From Utricularia gibba (Eukaryota; Plantae; Magnoliophyta): a DNA stretch of 25,279 bases. The stretch spans positions 1 through 25,279 of the forward strand of contig NEEC01000474.1 in assembly GCA_002189035.1 (NCBI GenBank). The letters are read 5' to 3'. Positions 12,301-25,168 of this stretch are shown here, piece by piece (the first letter of the stretch is position 1; the number at the start of each line of letters is the position of its first letter). The notes beneath the pieces were generated by a model. The model saw only the letters and a list, made by a program, of their open reading frames with translations. It searched no databases and was not told the DNA's origin. A program made the position numbers and the translations under genes.

Positions 12301-15300
12301 AGTTATGGACAAACGAACTCCAAATTATACTACTTGGAGCTCGAATCGGGCTTCCCAATGGTGTGCTATGAAGAGTTAGGATCTGCATGTTTTGGAAGAG
12401 GTGCTTCGTGGACCAGGATGTGCGACATAGTCATTTCATTGCGCATCACCATTCGGGGTGCAGCCTAAAAATCACACGTGCACTGGATTCGTTAAAAGTA
12501 AACATTTTTGCGTACCTGGTGTATAATAGTGTTGGGATAAGTGATGCCACGAAATTCATGATGTAACATGTGACTTTTTTCCATCTTGATCGCATATCCG
12601 ATGAAGTTTGACACCAATATGTTTTGGCTGTTGATTGATTCAATAGTTGCCATGATACTTCTGATTCTTGATGCACCATTCCCTACACCATGTCTCTAGT
12701 GGCTATTTGATTCTTTTGCGTGTATCTTTGCATCAATTTCGAGAACGAGAAGCACAATATTAAACGCAGCCACCAAGGAAGGACACGTAAGACACTTTTC
12801 GTTGTGGTTTGTTTTTAATATGTCCACAGTTATGGGACAAACGAAACTCCAAATTATACTACTTGGAGCTCGAATCGGGCTTCCCAATGGTGTGCTATGA
12901 AGAGTTAGGATCTGCATGTTTTGGAAGAGGTGCTTCGTGGACCAGGATGTGCGACCTAGTCATTTCATTGCGCATCACCATTCGGGGTGCAGCCTAAAAA
13001 TCACACGTGCACTGGATTCGTTAAAAGTAAACATTTTGCGTACCTGAGTATAATAGTGTTGGGATAAGTGATGCACGAAATTCATGATGTAACATGTGAC
13101 TTTTTTCCATCTTGATCGCATATCCGATGAAGTTTGACACCATATGTTTTGGCTGTTGATTGATTCAATTAGTTGCCATGATACTTCTGATTCTTGATGC
13201 ACCATTCCCATACACCATGTCTCTAGTGGCTATTTGATTCTTTTTCCGTGTATCTTTGCATCAATTTCGAGAACGAGAAGCACAATATTAAACGCAGCCA
13301 CCAAGGAAGGACACGTAAGACACTTTTCGTTGTGGTTTGTTTTTTAATATGTCCAGTTATCGGACAAACGAAACTCCAAATTATACTACTTGGAGCTCGA
13401 ATCGGGCTTCCCAATGGTGTGCTATGAAGAGTTAGGATCTGCATGTTTTGGAAGAGGTGCTTCGTGACCAGGATGTGCGACATAGTCATTTCATTGCGCA
13501 TCACCATTCGGGGTGCAGCCTAAAAATCACACGTGCACTGGATTCGTTAAAAGTAAACATTTTTGCGTACCTGGTGTATAATAGTGTTGGGATAAGTGAT
13601 GCCACGAAATTCATGATGTAACATGTGACTTTTTTCCATCTTGATCGCATATCCGATGATGTTTGACGGTTTTTTTTATTGATTGATGCAATTAGTTGCT
13701 ATGATACTTCTGATTCTTGATGCACCATTCCCTTACAACATGTCTCTAGTGGTTATTGATTCTTTTGCCGTGTATCCATTTGCATCAATTTCGAGAACGA
13801 GAAGCACATTATTAAACGCAGCCACCAAGGAAGGACGCGTAAGACACTTTTCGTTGTGGTTTGTTTTTAATATGTCCACAGTTATGGGACAAACGTAACT
13901 CCAAATTATACTACTTGGAGCACGAATAGGGCTTCCCAATGGTGTGCTATGAAGAGTTAGCATCTGCATGTTTTGGAAGAGGTGCTTCGTGGACCAGGAT
14001 GTGCGACAGTCATTTCATTGCGCATCACCATTCGGGGTGCAGCCTAAAAATCACACGTGCACTGGATTCGTTAAAAATAAACATTTTTGCGTACCTGAGT
14101 ATAATAGTGTTGGGATAAGTGATGCCACGAAATTCATGATGTAACATGTGACTTTTTTCCATCTTGATCGCATATCCGATGAAGTTTGACACCATATGTT
14201 TTGGCTGTTGATTGATGCAATAGTTGCTATGATACTTCTGATTCTTGATGCACCATTCCCATACAAATGTCTCTAGTGGCTATTTGATTCTTTTGCCGTG
14301 TATCTTTGCATCAATTTCGAGAACGAGAAGCACATATTAAACGCAGCCACCAAGGAAGGACACGTAAGACACTTTTCGTTGTGGTTTGTTTTTAATATGT
14401 CCACAGTTATCGGACAAAACGAAACTCCAAATTATACTACTTGGAGCTCGAATCGGGCTTCCCAATGGTGTGCTATGAAGAGTTAGGATCTGCATGTTTT
14501 GGAAGAGGTGCTTCGTGACCAGGATGTGCGACATAGTCATTTCATTGCGCATCACCATTCGGGGTGCAGCCTAAAAATCACACGTGCACTGGATTCGTTA
14601 AAAGTAAACATTTTTGCGTACCTGGTGTATAATAGTGTTGGGATAAGTGATGCCACGAAATTCATGATGTAACATGTGACTTTTTTCCATCTTGATCGCA
14701 TATCCGATGAAGTTTGACACCATATGTTTTGGCAGTTGATTGATGCAATTAGTTGCTATGATACTTCTGATTCTTGATGCACCATTCCCTTACACCATGT
14801 CTCTAGTGGTTATTGATTCTTTTGCCGTGTATCCCATTTGCATCAATTTCGAGAACGAGAAGCACATTATTAAACGCAGCCACCAAGGAAGGACGCGTAA
14901 GACACTTTTCGTTGTGGTTTGTTTTAATATGTCCACAGTTATGGGACAAACGTAACTCCAAATTATACTACTTGGAGCACGAATAGGGCTTCCCAATGGT
15001 GTGCTATGAAGAGTTAGGATCTGCATGTTTTGGAAGAGGTGCTTCGTGGACCAGGATGTGCGACCTAGTCATTTCATTGCGCATCACCATTCGGGGTGCA
15101 GCCTAAAAATCACACGTGCACTGGATTCGTTAAAAGTAAACATTTTTGCATACCTGGAGTATAATAGTGTTGGGATAAGTGATGCCACGAAATTCATGAT
15201 GTAACATGTGACTTTTTTCCATCTTGATCGCATATCCGATGAAGTTTGACACCATATGTTTTGGCTGTTGATTGATGCAATTAGTTGCTATGATACTTCT

Positions 15301-16397
15301 GATTCTTGATGCACCATTCCCTTACACCATGTCTCTAGTGGCTATTTGATTCTTTTGCCGTGTATCTTTGCATCAATTTCGAGAACGAGAAGCACAATAT
15401 TAAACGCAGCCACCAAGGAAGGACGCGTAAGACACTTTTCGTTGTGGTTTGTTTTTAATATGTCCACAGTTATGGGACAAACGAACTCCAAATTATACTA
15501 CTTGGAGCTCGAATCGGGCTTCCCAATGGTGTGCTATGAAGAGTTAGGATCTGCATGTTTTGGAAGAGGTGCTTCGTGGACCAGGATGTGCGACATAGTC
15601 ATTTCATTGCGCATCACCATTCGGGTGCAGCCTAAAAATCACACGTGCACTGGATTCGTTAAAAGTAAACATTTTTGCGTACCTGGTGTATAATAGTGTT
15701 GGGATAAGTGATGCCACGAATTCATGATGTAACATGTGACTTTTTCCATCTTGATCGCATATCCGATGAAGTTTGACACCATATGTTTTGGCTGTTGATT
15801 GATGCAATTAGTTGCCATGATACTTCTGATTCTTGATGCACCATTCCCATACACCATGTCTCTAGTGGCTATTTGATTCTTTTTCCCGTGTATCTTTGCA
15901 TCAATTTCGAGAACGAGAAGCACAATTATTAAACGCAGCCACCAAGGAAGGACACGTAAGACACTTTTCGTTGTGGTTTGTTTTTAATATGTCCACAGTT
16001 ATGGGACAAACGTAACTCCAAATTATACTACTTGGAGCTCGAATCGGGCTTCCCAATGGTGTGCTATGAAGAGTTAGCATCTGCATGTTTTGGAAGAGGT
16101 GCTTCGTGGACCAGGATGTGCGACATAGTCATTTCATTGCGCATCACCATTCGGGTGCAGCCTAAAAATCACACGTGCACGGATTTGTTAAAAGTAAATA
16201 TTTTGCATACCTGAGTATAAACAGTGTTGGGATAAGTGATGCCACGAAATTCATGATGTAACATGTGACTTTTTTCCATCTTGATCGCATATCCGATGAA
16301 GTTTGACACCATATGTTTTGGCTGTTGATTGATTCAATAGTTGCTATGATACTTCTGATTCTTGATGCACCATTCCCTACACCATGTCTCTAGTGGC

Positions 16398-16931
16398 TAT
16401 TTGATTCTTTTGCCGTGTATCCCATTTGCATCAATTTCGAGAACGAGAAGCACAATATTAAACGCAGCCACCAAGGAAGGACACGTAAGACACTTTTCGT
16501 TGTGGTTTGTTTTTAATATGTCCACAGTTATCGGACAAACGAAACTCCAAATTATACTACTTGGAGCTCGAATCGGGCTTCCCAATGGTGTGCTATGAAG
16601 AGTTAGGATCTGCATGTTTTGGAAGAGGTGCTTCGTGGACCAGGATGTGCGACATAGTCATTTCATTGCGCATCACCATTCGGGGTGCAGCCTAAAAATC
16701 ACACGTGCACTGGATTCGTTAAAAGTAAACATTTTTGCGTACCTGGTGTATAATAGTGTTGGGATAAGTGATGCCACGAAATTCATGATGTAACATGTGA
16801 CTTTTTTCCATCTTGATCGCATATCCGATGAAGTTTGACGCCATACGTTTTGGCAGTTGATTGATGCAATTAGTTGCTATGATACTTCTGATTCTTGATG
16901 CACCATTCCCTTACACCATGTCTCTAGTGGT
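16398..16931. repeat. Representative Y-subtype monomer (M32)
   Basis: Carries CACAATATT, TATCGGAC, AACGAAACTCC, GGAGCTCGAATCGGG, TTAGGATC, GACATAG, CCTGGTGTAT, GACGCCATACG, TGGCAG, GATGCAATT, GCTATG and CCCTTAC. Confidence 0.8.
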
Positions 16932-17464
16932 TACTTGATTCTTTTGCCGTGTATCCCATTTGCATCAATTTCGAGAACGAGAAGCACATTATTAAACGCA
17001 GCCACCAAGGAAGGACACGTAAGACACTTTTCGTTGTGGTTTGTTTTTAATATGTCCACAGTTATCGGACAAACGAACTCCAAATTATACTACTTGGAGC
17101 ACGAATAGGGCTTCCCAATGGTGTGCTATGAAGAGTTAGGATCTGCATGTTTTGGAAGAGGTGCTTCGTGGACCAGGATGTGCGACCTAGTCATTTCATT
17201 GCGCATCACCATTCGGGGTGCAGCCTAAAAATCACACGTGCACTGGATTTGTTAAAATAAATATTTACGCATACCTGAGTATACAACAGTGTTGGGATAA
17301 GTGATGCCACGAAATTCATGATGTAACATGTGACTTTTTTCCATCTTGATCGCATATCCGATGAAGTTTGACACCATATGTTTTGGCTGTTGATTGATTC
17401 AATTAGTTGCCATGATACTTCTGATTCTTGATGCACCATTCCCATACACCATGTCTCTAGTGGC
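16932..17464. repeat. Representative X-subtype monomer (M33)
   Basis: Carries GGTTACTTG, CACATTATT, GGAGCACGAATAGGG, GACCTAG, GGATTTG, AAAATAAATA, GCATACCTGAGT, AACAGT, GATTCAATT, GCCATG and CCCATAC. The GGAGCACGAATAGGG core also marks the units starting at 530, 2652, 5292, 9535, 11647, 13754, 14811, 20429 and 24640. Confidence 0.8.
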
Positions 17465-17803
17465 TATTTGATTCTTTTTCCGTGTATCTTTTGCATCAAT
17501 TTCGAGAACGAGAAGCACAATATTAAACGCAGCCACCAAGGAAGGACACGTAAGACACTTTTCGTTGTGGTTTGTTTTTAATATGTCCACAGTTATCGGA
17601 CAAACGAAACTCCAAATTATACTACTTGGAGCTCGAATCGGGCTTCCAATGGTGTGCTATGAAGAGTTAGGATCTGCATGTTTTGGAAGAGGTGCTTCGA
17701 TGAAGTTTGACACCATATGTTTTGGCTGTTGATTGATTCAATTAGTTGCCATGATACTTCTGATTCTTGATGCACCATTCCCATACACCATGTCTCTAGT
17801 GGC
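17465..17803. repeat. Short 339-bp unit with out-of-register junction at 17699/17700
   Basis: GAGGTGCTTCG is joined directly to ATGAAGTTTGAC. In normal units these are separated by ~192 bp (positions 236-427 of monomer 1). The two ends share a 2-bp CG microhomology (GCTTCG versus TATCCG). Confidence 0.95.
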
Positions 17804-20800
17804 TATTTGATTCTTTTGCCGTGTATCCCATTTGCATCAATTTCGAGAACGAGAAGCACAATATTAAACGCAGCCACCAAGGAAGGACACGTAAGACACT
17901 TTTCGTGGTTTGTTTTTAATATGTCCACAGTTATCGGACAAACGAAACTCCAAATTATACTACTTGGAGCTCGAATCGGGCTTCCCAATGGTGTGCTATG
18001 AAGAGTTAGGATCTGCATGTTTTGGAAGAGGTGCTTCGTGGACCAGGATGTGCGACTAGTCATTTCATTGCGCATCACCATTCGGGGTGCAGCCTAAAAA
18101 TCACACGTGCACTGGATTCGTTAAAAGTAAACATTTTTGCGTACCTGGTGTATAATAGTGTTGGGATAAGTGATGCCACGAAATTCATGATGTAACATGT
18201 GACTTTTTTCCATCTTGATCGCATATCCGATGAAGTTTGACACATATGTTTGGCTGTTGATTGATGCAATTAGTTGCTATGATACTTCTGATTCTTGATG
18301 CACCATTCCCTTACACCATGTCTCTAGTGGCTATTTGATTCTTTTGCCGTGTATCTTGTTTGCATCAATTTCGAGAACGAGAAGCACAATATTAAACGCA
18401 GCCACCAAGGAAGGACACGTAAGACACTTTTCGTTGTGGTTTGTTTTTAATATGTCCACAGTTATCGGACAAACGAAACTCCAAATTATACTACTTGGAG
18501 CTCGAATCGGGCTTCCCAATGGTGTGCTATGAAGAGTTAGGATCTGCATGTTTTGGAAGAGGTGCTTCGGACCAGGATGTGCGACCTAGTCATTTCATTG
18601 CGCATCACCATTCGGGGTGCAGCCTAAAAATCACACGTGCACTGGATTCGTTAAAAGTAAACATTTTTGCGTACCTGGTATAATAGTGTTGGGATAAGTG
18701 ATGCCACGAAATTCATGATGTAACATGTGACTTTTTCCATCTTGATCGCATATCCGATGAAGTTTGACACCATATGTTTTGGCTGTTGATTGATTCAATT
18801 AGTTGCTATGATACTTCTGATTCTTGATGCACCATTCCCATACACCATGTCTCTAGTGGCTATTTGATTCTTTTGCCGTGTATCCCATTTGCATCAATTT
18901 CGAGAACGAGAAGCACATATTAAACGCAGCCACCAAGGAAGGACACGTAAGACACTTTTCGTTGTGGTTTGTTTTTAATATGTCCACAGTTATGGGACAA
19001 ACGAAACTCCAAATTATACTACTTGGAGCTCGAATAGGGCTTCCCAATGGTGTGCTATGAAGAGTTAGATCTGCATGTTTTGGAAGAGGTGCTTCGTGGA
19101 CCAGGATGTGCGACCTAGTCATTTCATTGCGCATCACCATTCGGGGTGCAGCCTAAAAATCACACGTGCACTGGATTCGTTAAAAGTAAACATTTTTGTA
19201 CCTGGAGTATAATAGTGTTGGGATAAGTGATGCCACGAAATTCATGATGTAACATGTGACTTTTTTCCATCTTGATCGCATATCCGATGAAGTTTGACAC
19301 CATATGTTTGGCTGTTGATTGATGCAATTAGTTGCCATGATACTTCTGATTCTTGATGCACCATTCCCATACACCATGTCTCTAGTGGCTATTTGATTCT
19401 TTTGCCGTGTATCTTGTTTGCATCAATTTCGAGAACGAGAAGCACAATATTAAACGCAGCCACCAAGGAAGGACACGTAAGACACTTTTCGTTGTGGTTT
19501 GTTTTTAATATGTCCACAGTTATCGGACAAACGAAACTCCAAATTATACTACTTGGAGCTCGAATCGGGCTTCCCAATGTGTGCTATGAAGAGTTAGGAT
19601 CTGCATGTTTTGGAAGAGGTGCTTCGTGGACCAGGATGTGCGACCTAGTCATTTCATTGCGCATCACCATTCGGGGTGCAGCCTAAAAATCACACGTGCA
19701 CTGGATTCGTTAAAAATAAACATTTTGCATACCTGAGTATAAATAGTGTTGGGATAAGTGATGCCACGAAATTCATGATGTAACATGTGACTTTTTTCCA
19801 TCTTGATCGCATATCCGATGAAGTTTGACACCATATGTTTTGGCTGTTGATTGATTCAATTAGTTGCATGATACTTCTGATTCTTGATGCACCATTCCCA
19901 TACACCACTCTAGCATTTGAATGTTTGCATCAATTTCGAGAACGAGAAGCACAATATTAAACGCAGCCACCAAGGAAGGACACGTAAGACACTTTTCGTT
20001 GTGGTTTGTTTTTAATATGTCCACAGTTATCGGACAAACGAAACTCCAAATTATACTACTTGGAGCTCGAATCGGGCTTCCCAATGGTGTGCTATGAAGA
20101 GTTAGGATCTGCATGTTTTGGAAGAGGTGCTTCGTAGACCAGGATGTGCGACTAGTCATTTCATTGCGCATCACCATTCGGGGTGCAGCCTAAAAATCAC
20201 ACGTGCACTGGATTCGTTAAAAGTAAACATTTTTGCGTACCTGTGTATAATAGTGTTGGGATAAGTGATGCCACGAAATTCATGATGTAACATGTGACTT
20301 TTTTCCATCTTGATCGCATATCCGATGAAGTTTGACACCATACGTTTTGGCAGTTGATTGATGCAATTAGTTGCTATGATACTTCTGATTCTTGATGCAC
20401 CATTCCCTTACAACATGTCTCTAGTGGTTACTTGATTCTTTTGCCGTGTATCCCATTTGCATCAATTTCGAGAACGAGAAGCACATTATTAAACGCAGCA
20501 CCAAGGAAGGACACGTAAGACACTTTTCGTTGTGGTTTGTTTTTAATATGTCCAAAGTTATGGACAAACGTAACTCCAAATTATACTACTTGGAGCACGA
20601 ATAGGGCTTCCCAATGGTGTGCTATGAAGAGTTAGCATCTGCATGTTTTGGAAGAGTGCTTCGTGGACCAGGATGTGCGACCTAGTCATTTCATTGCGCA
20701 TCACCATTCGGGGTGCAGCCTAAAAATCACACGTGCACTGGATTCGTTAAAAGTAAACATTTTGCGTACCTGAGTATAAATAGTGTTGGGATAAGTGATG

Positions 20801-23800
20801 CCACGAAATTCATGATGTAACATGTGACTTTTTTCCATCTTGATCGCATATCCGATGAAGTTTGACACCATATGTTTTGGCTGTTGATTGATTCAATTAG
20901 TTGCCATGATACTTCTGATTCTTGATGCACCATTCCCATACACCATGTCTCTAGTGGCTATTTGATTCTTTGCCGTGTATCCCATTTGCATCAATTTCGA
21001 GAACGAGAAGCACAATATTAAACGCAGCCACCAAGGAAGGACACGTAAGACACTTTTCGTTGTGGTTTGTTTTTAATATGTCCACAGTTATCGGACAAAC
21101 GAAACTCCAAATTATACTACTTGGAGCTCGAATCGGGCTTCCCAATGGTGTGCTATGAAGAGTTAGGATCTGCATGTTTTGGAAGAGGTGCTTCGTGGAC
21201 CAGGATGTGCGACTAGTCATTTCATTGCGCATCACCATTCGGGTGCAGCCTAAAAATCACACGTGCACTGGATTCGTTAAAAGTAAACATTTTTGCGTAC
21301 CTGGTGTATAATAGTGTTGGGATAAGTGATGCCACGAAATTCATGATGTAACATGTGACTTTTTTCCATCTTGATCGCATATCCGATGAAGTTTGACACA
21401 TATGTTTTGGCTGTTGATTGATCAATTAGTTGCTATGATACTTCTGATTCTTGATGCACCATTCCCTTACACCATGTCTCTAGTGGCTATTTGATTCTTT
21501 TGCCGTGTATCTTGTTTGCATCAATTTCGAGAACGAGAAGCACAATATTAAACGCAGCCACCAAGGAAGGACACGTAAGACACTTTTCGTTGTGGTTTGT
21601 TTTTAATATGTCCACAGTTATCGGACAAACGAAACTCCAAATTATACTACTTGGAGCTCGAATCGGGCTTCCCAATGGTGTGCTATGAAGAGTTAGGATC
21701 TGCATGTTTTGGAAGAGGTGCTTCGTGGACCAGGATGTGCGACTAGTCATTTCATTGCGCATCACCATTCGGGGTGCAGCCTAAAAATCACACGTGCACT
21801 GGATTCGTTAAAAAAACATTTTGCGTACCTGAGTATAATAGTGTTGGGATAAGTGATGCCACGAAATTCATGATGTAACATGTGACTTTTTCCATCTTGA
21901 TCGCATATCCGATGAAGTTTGACACCATATGTTTTGGCTGTTGATTGATGCAATTAGTTGCTATGATACTTCTGATTCTTGATGCACCATTCCCATACAA
22001 CATGTCTCTAGTGGCTATTTGATTCTTTTGCCGTGTATCCCATTTGCATCAATTTCGAGAACGAGAAGCACATTATTAAACGCAGCCACCAAGGAAAGAC
22101 ACGTAAGACACTTTTCGTTGTGGTTTGTTTTTAATATGTCCACAGTTATGGACAAACGAACTCCAAATTATACTACTTGGAGCTCGAATAGGCTTCCCAA
22201 TGGTGTGCTATGAAGAGTTAGGATCTGCATGTTTTGGAAGAGGTGCTTCGTGACCAGGATGTGCGACCTAGTCATTTCATTGCGCATCACCATTCGGGGT
22301 GCAGCCGAAAAATCACACGTGCACTGGATTCGTTAAAAGTAAACATTTTTGCGTACCTGGAGTATAATAGTGTTGGGATAAGTGATGCCCAAATTCATGA
22401 TGTAACATGTGACTTTTTCCATCTTGATCGCATATCCGATGAAGTTTGACACATATGTTGGCTGTTGATTGATGCAATTAGTTGCATGATACTTCTGATT
22501 CTTGATGCACCATTCCCATACACCATGTCTCTAGGCTATTTGATTCTTTTGCCGTGTATCTTTTGCATCAATTTCGAGAACGAGAAGCACAATATTAAAC
22601 GCAGCCACCAAGGAAGGACACGTAAGACACTTTTCGTTGTGGTTTGTTTTTATATATGTCCACAGTTATCGGACAAACGAAACTCCAAATTATACTACTT
22701 GGAGTCGAATCGGGCTTCCCAATGGTGTGCTATGAAGAGTTAGGATCTGCATGTTTTGGAAGAGGTGCTTCGTGGACCAGGATGTGCGACCTAGTCATTT
22801 CATTGCGCATCACCATTCGGGGTGCAGCCTAAAAATCACACGTGCACTGGATTCGTTAAAAAATAAACATTTTGCCCTGGTATAAATAGTGTTGGGATAA
22901 GTGATGCCACGAAATTCATGATGTAACATGTGACTTTTTTCCATCTTGATCGCATATCCGATGAAGTTTGACACCATATGTTTTGGCTGTTGATTGATTC
23001 AATTAGTTGCCATGATACTTCTGATTCTTGATGCACCATTCCCATACACCATGTCTCTAGTGGCTATTTGATTCTTTTGCCGTGTATCCTTTGCATCAAT
23101 TTCGAGAACGAGAAGCACAATATTAAACGCAGCCACCAAGGAAGGACACGTAAGACACTTTTCGTTGTGGTTTGTTTTTAATATGTCCACAGTTATCGGA
23201 CAAACGAAACTCCAAATTATACTACTTGGAGCTCGAATCGGGCTTCCCAATGGTGTGCTATGAAGAGTTAGGATCTGCATGTTTTGGAAGAGGTGCTTCG
23301 GACCAGGATGTGCGACCTAGTCATTTCATTGCGCATCACCATTCGGGTGCAGCCGAAAAATCACACGTGCACTGGATTCGTTAAAAGTAAACATTTTTGC
23401 GTACCTGGTGTATAATAGTGTTGGGATAAGTGATGCCACGAAATTCATGATGTAACATGTGACTTTTTTCCATCTTGATCGCATATCCGATGAAGTTTGA
23501 CACCATATGTTTGGCTGTTGATTGATGCAATTAGTTGCTATGATACTTCTGATTCTTGATGCACCATTCCCTACACCATGTCTCTAGTGGCTATTTGATT
23601 CTTTTGCCGTGTATCATTTGCATCAATTTCGAGAACGAGAAGCACAATATTAAACGCAGCCACCAAGGAAGGACACGTAAGACACTTTTCGTTGTGGTTT
23701 GTTTTTAATATGTCCACAGTTATCGGACAAACGAAACTCCAAATTATACTACTTGGAGCTCGAATCGGGCTTCCCAATGGTGTGCTATGAAGAGTTAGGA

Positions 23801-25168
23801 TCTGCATGTTTTGGAAGAGGTGCTTCGTGACCAGGATGTGCGACATAGTCATTTCATTGCGCATCACCATTGGGGTGCAGCCTAAAAATCACACGTGCAC
23901 TGGATTCGTTAAAAGTAAACATTTTTGCGTACCTGGTATAATAGTGTTGGATAAGTGATGCACGAAATTCATGATGTAACATGTGACTTTTTCCATCTTG
24001 ATCGCATATCCGATGAAGTTTGACACCATATGTTTTGGCTGTTGATTGCAATTTTGCAATGATACTTCTGATTCTTGATGCACCATTCCCATACACCATG
24101 TCTCTAGTGCTATTTGATTCTTTTGCCGTGTATCCCATTTGCATCAATTTCGAGAACGAGAAGCACAATATTAAACGCAGCCACCAAGGAAGGACACGTA
24201 AGACACTTTTCGTTGTGGTTTGTTTTTAATATGTCCACAGTTATCGGACAAACGAAACTCCAAATTATACTACTTGGAGCTCGAATCGGGCTTCCCAATG
24301 GTGTGCTATGAAGAGTTAGGATCTGCATGTTTTGGAAGAGGTGCTTCGGGACCAGGATGTGCGACTAGTCATTTCATTGCGCATCACCATTCGGGGTGCA
24401 GCCTAAAAATCACACGTGCACTGGATTCGTTAAAAGTAAACATTTTTGCGTACCTGGTGTAATAGTGTTGGGATAAGTGATGCCACGAAATTCATGATGT
24501 AACATGTGACTTTTTTCCATCTTGATCGCATATCCGATGAAGTTTGACACCATATGTTTTGGCAGTTGATTGATGCAATTAGTTGCATGATACTTCTGAT
24601 TCTTGATGCACCATTCCCTTACAACATGTCTCTAGTGGTTATTTGATTCTTTTGCCGTGTATCCCATTGCATCAATTTCGAGAACGAGAAGCACATTATT
24701 AAACGCAGCCACCAAGGAAGGACACGTAAGACACTTTTCGTTGTGGTTTTTTTAATATGTCCACAGTTATGGACAAACGTAACTCCAAATTATACTACTT
24801 GGAGCACGAATAGGGCTTCCCAATGGTGTGCTATGAAGAGTTAGATCTGCATGTTTTGGAAGAGGTGCTTCGTGGACCAGGATGTGCGACCTAGTCATTT
24901 CATTGCGCATCACCATTCGGGTGCAGCCTAAAAATCACACGTGCACCGGATTTGTTAAAAATAAACATTTACGCATATCCTGAGTATACAACAGTGTTGG
25001 ATAAGTGATGCCACGAAATTCATGATGTAACATGTGACTTTTTTCCATCTTGATCGCATATCCGATGAAGTTTGACACCATATTTTTGGCTGTTGATTGA
25101 TTGCAATTAGTTGCCATGATACTTCTGATTCTTGATGCACCATTCCCATACACCATGTCTCTAGTGGC
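17804..25168. repeat. Second dimeric block with inverted parity (odd units Y-like, even units X-like), noisier
   Basis: At the CCC(A/T)TAC site, even units M36-M48 all read CCCATAC (7/7). Odd units M35, M39, M41 and M47 read CCCTTAC; M37 and M43 are exceptions and M45 is deleted at this site. Full X cores occur at M40 and M48. Confidence 0.55.

Larger units (their letters stand above)
9004..17464. repeat. Dimeric (Y-X, ~1.06 kb) higher-order repeat block, 8 dimers (M18-M33)
   Basis: At the CCTGG(T/A)GTAT site, even units M18-M32 all read GGTGT. Odd units M19-M33 read (G)GAGT in 7 of 8 cases, M23 being the exception. The TAT(C/G)GGAC, CAC(A/T) and GG(C/T)TA sites largely follow the same parity. 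Confidence 0.72.

Noticed and set aside
18-25156. All supplied ORFs (60-141 aa, e.g. FASISRTRSTLLNAATKEGHVRHF and MQILTLHSTPLGSPIRAPSS)
   Set aside because: They are the same few frames recurring once per monomer on both strands. Starts, ends and fusions change with 1-bp indels, and many begin at TTG or GTG. I recognise no domain, and no frame stays open across a whole monomer.
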